Positions 40,139 to 45,889 of a stretch of DNA of 45,889 nucleotides are shown in pieces. Both the position numbers and the translations under genes were made by a program. Numbering within the stretch: the stretch's first letter is position 1; every line of letters starts with the position of its first letter. The notes beneath the pieces were generated by a model, which was not told the origin of the DNA, searched no databases, and was given only the letters and a program-made list of their open reading frames with translations. Source of the stretch: a virus; the UHGV virus genome UHGV-1375786; one strand, 5' to 3'.

Positions 40139-40624
40139 TCAGAACGGAATGTCATCTGAAAAGTCAATCGGAGGCTCATTACCTCCTTGTTGGCTTTCTT
40201 GTTTTGGTGGCTGCTGTTGCTGCCGTGGCAGTTGTTGGCCTGATTGCTGGCGTGGTTGCTGACCAGAATCATCACGTTTACCGCCAAGCATCTGCATTAC
40301 GCCGCCAATCTGTGGAATGACAATCTCCGTGGTATATCTGTCTACTCCGTTGCTGTCAGTCCACTTACGAGTGCGAAGCTGGCCTTCGATATAAACCTGA
40401 GATCCTTTTCGGAGATATTCTCCGGCAACTTCAGCAAGTTTTCCGAATATAACAACACGATGCCACTCTGTCTGCTCCTTTTTTTCTCCTGTTTGTTTGT
40501 CTTTCCACTGCTCAGACGTTGCAATTGAAAGATTGGCAATTGCAGAGCCTGATGCTGAATACTTAACTTCAGGGTCGTTTCCGAGAGTACCGACAATAAT
40601 TACTTTATTTACGCCGCGTGCCAT
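40139..40624 (-). CDS. ssb: single-stranded DNA-binding protein
   Basis: OB-fold N-terminus, Gly/Gln-rich linker, C-terminal DDIPF tail. Confidence 0.95.
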   Translation of the reverse strand: MARGVNKVIIVGTLGNDPEVKYSASGSAIANLSIATSEQWKDKQTGEKKEQTEWHRVVIFGKLAEVAGEYLRKGSQVYIEGQLRTRKWTDSNGVDRYTTEIVIPQIGGVMQMLGGKRDDSGQQPRQQSGQQLPRQQQQPPKQESQQGGNEPPIDFSDDIPF

Positions 40625-40627
40625 TTA

Positions 40628-41293
40628 TTAAAATCCTTCGATTGGAGTTGGTTTGTGTTCGGTTTTTTCTTCCTGCGGTTCTGGCTGTTGTGGTTGCGGT
40701 TTAGCCAGTTTTGCAGGGTTGAATGATTCGCCTGATACCATGAATTTAGCCTTCATCTCTTGGTAAGCACCAACAATAACGCGAGTTGCTGCATCATCTC
40801 CGCGAAATGCCTTGTATTCCTCGCCATAGATTGAAGCTAACTCTTCCATGCTTGATGCGTTGCGAATCAATGCCACTGCGTCTTTTGGAGATTTGCGAGC
40901 TGCATTACCGTCATCGTCAGCCTGAGCAATACCAAACATTGCCGCGATGGAATATCTGCGTGCATACGTCATTGCTGAACCGTAACCCTGAGCATCCTTC
41001 TTGGCCACTGGCATTGGCATAACGGATGACATGTACTCGCCAGATTCATGCATTATCGTTGTTTCAAGTTTAAGCACATCCATTGAATCACCATCAATGG
41101 CATTCTGGATGATTATAAGGCCGTTTGCCTCAAGCGCCGGACGTATTGCATCAAGAAACGACTCAAGGTTTGCGTAATTACTTTTCAGGTGTGGGTTTTT
41201 TGCATTTTTCTTTGCGCCGCTACTCATCACCTTGCGAGCCTCAACCAGAGCCTTAATCAGATTTGCTTTCTGTTCCGAGAAAATCATTTGCAT
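40628..41293 (-). CDS. ERF-family single-strand annealing protein
   Basis: ERF-like pattern KALVEARKVM...NPHLKSNYANLESFLDAIRPALEANGL. Confidence 0.65.
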   Translation of the reverse strand: MQMIFSEQKANLIKALVEARKVMSSGAKKNAKNPHLKSNYANLESFLDAIRPALEANGLIIIQNAIDGDSMDVLKLETTIMHESGEYMSSVMPMPVAKKDAQGYGSAMTYARRYSIAAMFGIAQADDDGNAARKSPKDAVALIRNASSMEELASIYGEEYKAFRGDDAATRVIVGAYQEMKAKFMVSGESFNPAKLAKPQPQQPEPQEEKTEHKPTPIEGF

Positions 41294-41304
41294 CACCTCA
41301 CTAA

Positions 41305-42261
41305 TTATAAATTAAATTGCTTCTTGAACCATTCTGGCGTTTCCATTTCGATAACAGGATTGCCAATTGAGTAACCCGGCCACGAATTGGCTTTTTTGCA
41401 CGCCTTGTAAATTTCCATTGCACCATTCAACTGAATGCGTCCGATTCGTAATTGCTCTTCAGTAAGCCTAATCAAAGCAGGAATAAACGGCGCTTTCTTT
41501 TCCTGCACAAGAAGATTTACAGAGCGTGGAGGATGCGGATATGCCGCGCAAAACATGTCGTGCTGCATCGCCATTTTCATAAAGTAACCAAGTCTTGCAG
41601 CATGACGGAAAAACTCATCAGGCTTAGCGCTTACTGCTGTCTTGTAGTCAATTATGTCGCCACCTTTGGTAAGGCAGTCAAAACGAACCTTTGCTTTTTC
41701 TCCGTTAAGTTCACCGAGAATTGACACTTCAGCATAAGCGCCAGCAAGAAGGCTGCTGTAATAGCTGTTTGCGTGGATTACAGCACGCATTTGCTGAATG
41801 GCGTCATAATCACCACCTTCTAGCATTTGCTTGCCAGCCGCAGCTTTTTCAGCATCTTCACGGATGACATCGTAAATTTTCACTGGCTCGCCAGTCGCCT
41901 GAATGATTTTAATCACATCAGCTTTCGACTTCCCTGAAAGTCCTTTGATGCCGCGCTCTTTTGCCCATGAGTTCATATCGGCGGTAGTTACCAGTACAGT
42001 TGGTTTTCCATCTTTGTCTTTTGGAAAATCATCTACAACCGGCATTCGAGCATATTCCGCATCAAAACGTTCAGGTTCAAGCAATGCAGCATGGCTTCCG
42101 GTTCCGAAGACAAGAGCTTTTGATTGCTCATCTTCTTCGTCTTTGTAGCGCCAAGCTGCTGGGCATCTGTCGTATATGTTCCACAAACCAGAGCCATTAA
42201 TATGCTCTGTGTCGGCGTGGTATTGCTCGTTCGTTAATTCATTATTGAAATAGACTTTCAT
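41305..42261 (-). CDS. PD-(D/E)XK exonuclease (YqaJ / lambda-exo-like recombination exonuclease)
   Basis: GTGSHAALLE ... DCLTKGGDIIDYKT catalytic pattern. Adjacent to ERF and SSB. Confidence 0.7.
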   Translation of the reverse strand: MKVYFNNELTNEQYHADTEHINGSGLWNIYDRCPAAWRYKDEEDEQSKALVFGTGSHAALLEPERFDAEYARMPVVDDFPKDKDGKPTVLVTTADMNSWAKERGIKGLSGKSKADVIKIIQATGEPVKIYDVIREDAEKAAAGKQMLEGGDYDAIQQMRAVIHANSYYSSLLAGAYAEVSILGELNGEKAKVRFDCLTKGGDIIDYKTAVSAKPDEFFRHAARLGYFMKMAMQHDMFCAAYPHPPRSVNLLVQEKKAPFIPALIRLTEEQLRIGRIQLNGAMEIYKACKKANSWPGYSIGNPVIEMETPEWFKKQFNL

Positions 42262-42298
42262 TGTTAACCTCACTCATCATCACGTAAATGAATCTACA

Positions 42299-42733
42299 TC
42301 AATCTATATCTGAAAGCAAGCCAAAATAGAAAAGTGTGGCTTTTTTTAGTTCATCAAGTCCATAAGCGATGGCGGCATAATGACCAAGCCTGCACATCTC
42401 AGTTAGCACAGCCGATTGATCCTTGCTCACTCTGCTTTTGCTTTTATCTCGGCGCTTTGTCTCAATCATTCCGCAGCTGTGCTTCACTCCCGGCGTCATT
42501 ATCACATTATCGCCTATCCCGGACTTAACTCCCATCTTTTGGCGCTTCAGTACGAACTGGATGCGGCTGGACGTACCTGTTTCATTCGGGACGTGAAACC
42601 ATAGCACGTCAGGGAATCTGCTTTGCATCCATGTGCCGTAACCCATCTGTTCAGTCTCCTCTTTCGGACACTCCCCACGATAACCGCTATCAAATACCCA
42701 TATACCGCTATCAAGCTGCTTCACTTTGCTCAC
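42299..42733 (-). CDS. VRR-NUC domain nuclease
   Basis: GIGDNVIMTPG...GMIETKR...SKDQ fits the PD-(D/E)xK ... Q pattern. Confidence 0.6.
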   Translation of the reverse strand: MSKVKQLDSGIWVFDSGYRGECPKEETEQMGYGTWMQSRFPDVLWFHVPNETGTSSRIQFVLKRQKMGVKSGIGDNVIMTPGVKHSCGMIETKRRDKSKSRVSKDQSAVLTEMCRLGHYAAIAYGLDELKKATLFYFGLLSDID

Positions 42734-44648
42734 CTGTAAAATCTTTTCTGTGGATTATGTCGCGACCTTTATCATTAAAACGATGAGTTATTCGCTTTGG
42801 CGCACGAATAAGGCCAGTAAATGCCATGAATGCTTTTGCGCTGTGGCAATTCATAAGGTTATCAATTAGATTCCTGTCTGACACATGATTTAACAAACCT
42901 TTAATCTTGAACTGATTTTTCAGATACTTCTCCTGACGACCAAAAGGATAAAAAACCTCATTAGCCCATCCTTCCTTCCCGTTTTCCTTCATAATGAAAT
43001 AACGATAAACAACACCCTTTTCATCTTTCGTTAATTCAATCTTGAAGTCTTTAACATCAGTCCACTCATTATCAGTATACGCACGTTCATTCAGTGCCGC
43101 ATTCGGGTCGCGCAAAACATGATCGCAATGTCGGCAATAGCGCGCTGTTGGGTCGTTTTTAGTACCGCAGCCATCATCAAAAATACGGATTCCATGCTTA
43201 TCAAAACCGCAACGGATGTAACTGAAAAACTCTTCGCAACGACCATCTGGCGATAGTGCATCTTTGCCAATGCAGCGGCGAGCATATGGGCTGTTCATTG
43301 TTCCACATTTTGGGCAAGGAACCTGTTCGCCACTGCGCCTTGAGCGTTGCGCTTCAGCCTCTTCCAGAATCGGGTCTTCATACAGCTGACCAAGCTCAAA
43401 CATCGTGCCAGAGAAATCCAGAACCAGATGATCTTCTTTGTGATACCCGGCATCAATTTGCTCTTTCTTCAGCAGGCGCATTCCTCGACCAAGAAGCTGG
43501 ACAAGGAGAGTGAGTGACATTATTTTTCGTAATATGACACTTGTATCCCAAAGCGGGATGTTTACGCCGGTCGTCAAACAACCAATCTGGAAAACATATT
43601 TAATCTTGCCAGTGTATGCGTCTTTTAATGCCTTGCGTCTGGCTTTCTGCCCCATATCTTCTGTCACTATCGCGTAGCTGCCTTCAGGTAAATATTTAGC
43701 AGCTTCCTGACAGTGCTTCTTGCCAGCGCATGTAATCAATACTCCGTTTCTGTTTTTAGTCAGTTCCATCACTTTAAGCATGATTTTCTGTGTAAGAGTT
43801 CCTTGCTCAAGTATTTCTTTCTGCATCTGCTTTAGTTGCTCGGACGTGAAATCCTGCGTGCCGTCAACATCTGAACCATGGAAGTTATGCAAGTCATATT
43901 TCAAATCATCAACATCATGAAGACCAAAGATTGTTGGCACAACAAAACCGCGATCTACCATGTACTTTGTATCAATGTTTATTATTTCATTTTTCCAGTA
44001 CGCACCTTTCATTGATTCAGTACCACGGAATGGGCTACCGGTGAATCCAATTGTTATCATTTCATGCCCATATCTTGCCTTGCAGCGCCTGTTAAGTTCA
44101 GTAAGTATTACGCCATATTGTGTTGTTGGATTATCACTAATAATATCCTGCCATGGAGCTTGGTGGGACTCATCGATCAGGCAAAATCTTGGGGTAAAAT
44201 CACTCAACCCACCTTTCTTAACGTCACCATTTGATTCATCTTTTTTATCAAAAAGTGCGTTCGCGATTGATCCTTCAGTACCGCATATAATAGGGTATGC
44301 TGTACTTTTCCTGCCAAGAGATGCGCTATAAAGAGAGTTTTTTACACCACACTCCCACATCATTTCAGCATTCTGCTCAGCTATCTCGCCTTGCCTTGAG
44401 ATTACAAGGCCATCCCACCCCATATCCTGAAATCTACTGCAAAGCATTGAAATCATCACGGTCTTTCCTGATGAAACAGACGCTGTAACATAGCTTGGTT
44501 CAGGTTTCTTGCCAAAATTACGAATAACCTCAGCGCACTTTGCGTAAACAAGCCATTGGTAATCATACGGCTCTATGGAACCTAGTTTTATTGATTGCTT
44601 TAATCTATCTATATCAATCTCTGAAATCATTTTGTCTATTTTGTGCAT
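42711..44648 (-). CDS. DExH-box helicase (superfamily 2) with C-terminal zinc-ribbon cluster
   Basis: ASVSSGKT (motif I), LIDESHQ (motif II), TGSPFR (motif III). Four CxxC pairs near the C-terminus. Confidence 0.8.
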   Translation of the reverse strand: MHKIDKMISEIDIDRLKQSIKLGSIEPYDYQWLVYAKCAEVIRNFGKKPEPSYVTASVSSGKTVMISMLCSRFQDMGWDGLVISRQGEIAEQNAEMMWECGVKNSLYSASLGRKSTAYPIICGTEGSIANALFDKKDESNGDVKKGGLSDFTPRFCLIDESHQAPWQDIISDNPTTQYGVILTELNRRCKARYGHEMITIGFTGSPFRGTESMKGAYWKNEIINIDTKYMVDRGFVVPTIFGLHDVDDLKYDLHNFHGSDVDGTQDFTSEQLKQMQKEILEQGTLTQKIMLKVMELTKNRNGVLITCAGKKHCQEAAKYLPEGSYAIVTEDMGQKARRKALKDAYTGKIKYVFQIGCLTTGVNIPLWDTSVILRKIMSLTLLVQLLGRGMRLLKKEQIDAGYHKEDHLVLDFSGTMFELGQLYEDPILEEAEAQRSRRSGEQVPCPKCGTMNSPYARRCIGKDALSPDGRCEEFFSYIRCGFDKHGIRIFDDGCGTKNDPTARYCRHCDHVLRDPNAALNERAYTDNEWTDVKDFKIELTKDEKGVVYRYFIMKENGKEGWANEVFYPFGRQEKYLKNQFKIKGLLNHVSDRNLIDNLMNCHSAKAFMAFTGLIRAPKRITHRFNDKGRDIIHRKDFTGEQSEAA

Positions 44649-44656
44649 TTCATCAC

Positions 44657-45733
44657 CTATGGCATGTCAGGCCAATAAGAGTTGCTTTTAGATCTGTTCT
44701 CACTTGGTGCAAGTAATTGCAAGTTATGCCAGCAGTGAAGGCCACAAACCAATTTGCTATTTATTGGCACTATGTGATCAACCTGCATACCAAGAACGCC
44801 AGCCATCTCATAAACCTTTTCAATTAAAACCTTTTCATGTTCAAACCATGATGGTATCGCCCGTCTTTTAAGATACTTATATTTACGCTGATGATATCTA
44901 ACAACACCCTTGTTTTTCTGTCTCCACTGTTTTGACTTCTCGTTGTGCTTCTCCTTGTTTTTATCGTAATAATGTTTTGATTTCTCATTCATCTCTGCCT
45001 TTTTTAATTTATAAATATTTTTCCTGAACTCAGCCTGACATTTTTTGCAATCAGGACGTAGTCCATCAAGAGATGATTTGTTTTTATTAAAGTTTTCTTC
45101 GTTCGCCTTAAGAACAGATTTACACTTAGAGCAAATCTTCAGTCCATTACCAAGGTATCTTGCTCTCTTCCCTTTGTTACCAGAGCACTTCTTGCATATG
45201 GAGCTAAAGCCAAGTTTCATACTTTTATCTGCATAAAAGTATTCGTTTGTAGCTGGAAGAACGGTCCTGCATTTTGAGCACATTTTTTCATTTAAAACTT
45301 CAGTTGAAAGCCTGAGATTGCATATCCTGTTGTCAGCGCGATTTTTGTTTATGTGCTCAATTTTCGCATTCCCAATATCATCTCCATTAACATAAATCCA
45401 TGCGAGTCTTTGCGCCCAATATTGATTGCCATCTATACTAATTCTCAGATAACCACTAACATCAAGACAGCCAACAATATCTCCAACCTTAGCGCGAGGA
45501 CCTGTCTTTATCTTACGTGTGAATATCCCAGTATCTTGGTTGTAATCAAGAACCTCCCTTAACCGCTCCTGTGAAATGTGTGACTTTCTTTTTGTTCCTG
45601 CATTTTTTAACCCTACACTTTCCTGAGCAACATTTTGCTTTTGCAGTTCCGATAAACTCATTTCCGCAAACCTCGCACTTCTTAACGGTGATAGCCATTT
45701 CTTACCCTCTATTGTAACGATTAATTGTTTCAT
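44657..45733 (-). CDS. HNH homing endonuclease with N-terminal AP2/NUMOD4-like DNA-binding domain and zinc fingers
   Basis: C-terminal VDHIVPINSKLVCGLHCWHNLQLLAPSENRSKSN is an HNH motif. N-terminal YLRISIDGNQYWAQRLAWIYVNGD is AP2-like. AT-rich. Confidence 0.8.
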   Translation of the reverse strand: MKQLIVTIEGKKWLSPLRSARFAEMSLSELQKQNVAQESVGLKNAGTKRKSHISQERLREVLDYNQDTGIFTRKIKTGPRAKVGDIVGCLDVSGYLRISIDGNQYWAQRLAWIYVNGDDIGNAKIEHINKNRADNRICNLRLSTEVLNEKMCSKCRTVLPATNEYFYADKSMKLGFSSICKKCSGNKGKRARYLGNGLKICSKCKSVLKANEENFNKNKSSLDGLRPDCKKCQAEFRKNIYKLKKAEMNEKSKHYYDKNKEKHNEKSKQWRQKNKGVVRYHQRKYKYLKRRAIPSWFEHEKVLIEKVYEMAGVLGMQVDHIVPINSKLVCGLHCWHNLQLLAPSENRSKSNSYWPDMP

Positions 45734-45760
45734 TGCAAGTAACGATTGATTGTTTCATGT
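45705..45760. repeat. 20-bp tandem direct repeat GTAACGATTAATTGTTTCAT / GTAACGATTGATTGTTTCAT spanning the HNH start codon
   Basis: Read directly. One mismatch, 5-bp spacer. Confidence 0.5.
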
Positions 45761-45805
45761 GAGTAAATTACAATGATTCTACATCATCGTCAACAGGAAG
45801 ATTTT

Positions 45806-45889
45806 ATGAGATACGACTGGAAAGACATTGAGCCAAAAATGCTCGGCAACTGGCAGGCCGCCATCATGTCTATCGTCAATGTGGATAGC
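45806..45889 (+). CDS. hypothetical N-terminal fragment (28 aa, 3' partial), possibly the primase N-terminus that continues at position 1
   Basis: The ATG is preceded by the box TTCTACATCATCGTCAAC. The frame is open to the window end. Confidence 0.35.
   Translation, partial: MRYDWKDIEPKMLGNWQAAIMSIVNVDS

Overview
This window looks like most of a virulent tailed-phage (siphovirus-type) genome, with no integrase or lysogeny genes. Reading left to right: (1) 1-870, the C-terminal part of a zinc-ribbon/TOPRIM DNA primase on the + strand. The primase N-terminus reappears at 45806-45889, so the window is probably a permuted or circular assembly of about one genome. (2) 899-3542, a leftward 5-gene cassette: a 543-aa protein with an NMP-kinase-style P-loop (GRSGAGKG), an ASCH-domain protein and three small proteins. 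It is bounded by a bidirectional terminator and by a roughly 500-bp non-coding region (3543-4085) carrying about 12 copies of a 9-bp iteron AGTTACCGG/CCGGTAACT around an AT tract of about 110 bp that looks more than 85% AT by eye. (3) 4086-6504, about 14 tiny rightward early genes. (4) 6622-12056, terminase small and large subunits, portal, and a MuF-like head morphogenesis protein, with a small moron/regulatory insert between terminase and portal. (5) 12144-13780, leftward morons including a TraR/DksA-type zinc finger. (6) 13884-15475, a lysis cassette: a truncated GH24 lysozyme-like ORF, a lambda-R-type endolysin, a 2-TMD holin, and Rz with Rz1 embedded. (7) 15487-17389, leftward small genes. 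(8) 17489-19857, rightward small genes including a Lar-like restriction-alleviation zinc ribbon and a double winged-helix protein. (9) 20052-23246, prohead protease/scaffold, decoration-like protein and major capsid. (10) 23279-25830, a leftward block with a mini beta-clamp-like protein whose C-terminus is ...VVMPMRL, a ParB/Srx-like nuclease-domain protein and a zinc ribbon. (11) 25947-28923, head-completion/connector genes interrupted by a free-standing GIY-YIG homing endonuclease. (12) 28952-29028, a minus-strand tRNA-like gene with anticodon CAU, followed by a roughly 350-bp GC-rich structured non-coding stretch. (13) 29484-40102, a lambda-like tail module: major tail protein with Ig-like C-terminus, a moron cluster of membrane/secreted proteins, a G/T-like chaperone, tape measure, M/L/K/I-J-like genes, and a low-GC tailspike/fiber. 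(14) 40139-45733, a leftward replication/recombination module: SSB, ERF-type annealing protein, PD-(D/E)XK exonuclease, VRR-NUC nuclease, DExH helicase and an AP2-HNH homing endonuclease. A conserved 11-bp box AATCTAC(A/G)TCA recurs 15 or more times, almost exclusively in intergenic regions at operon boundaries, often next to a GTCAA(C/T)ACC element and an extended -10. This looks like a phage-specific promoter/operator code. All functional calls are made by eye from motif recognition, with no database search possible.
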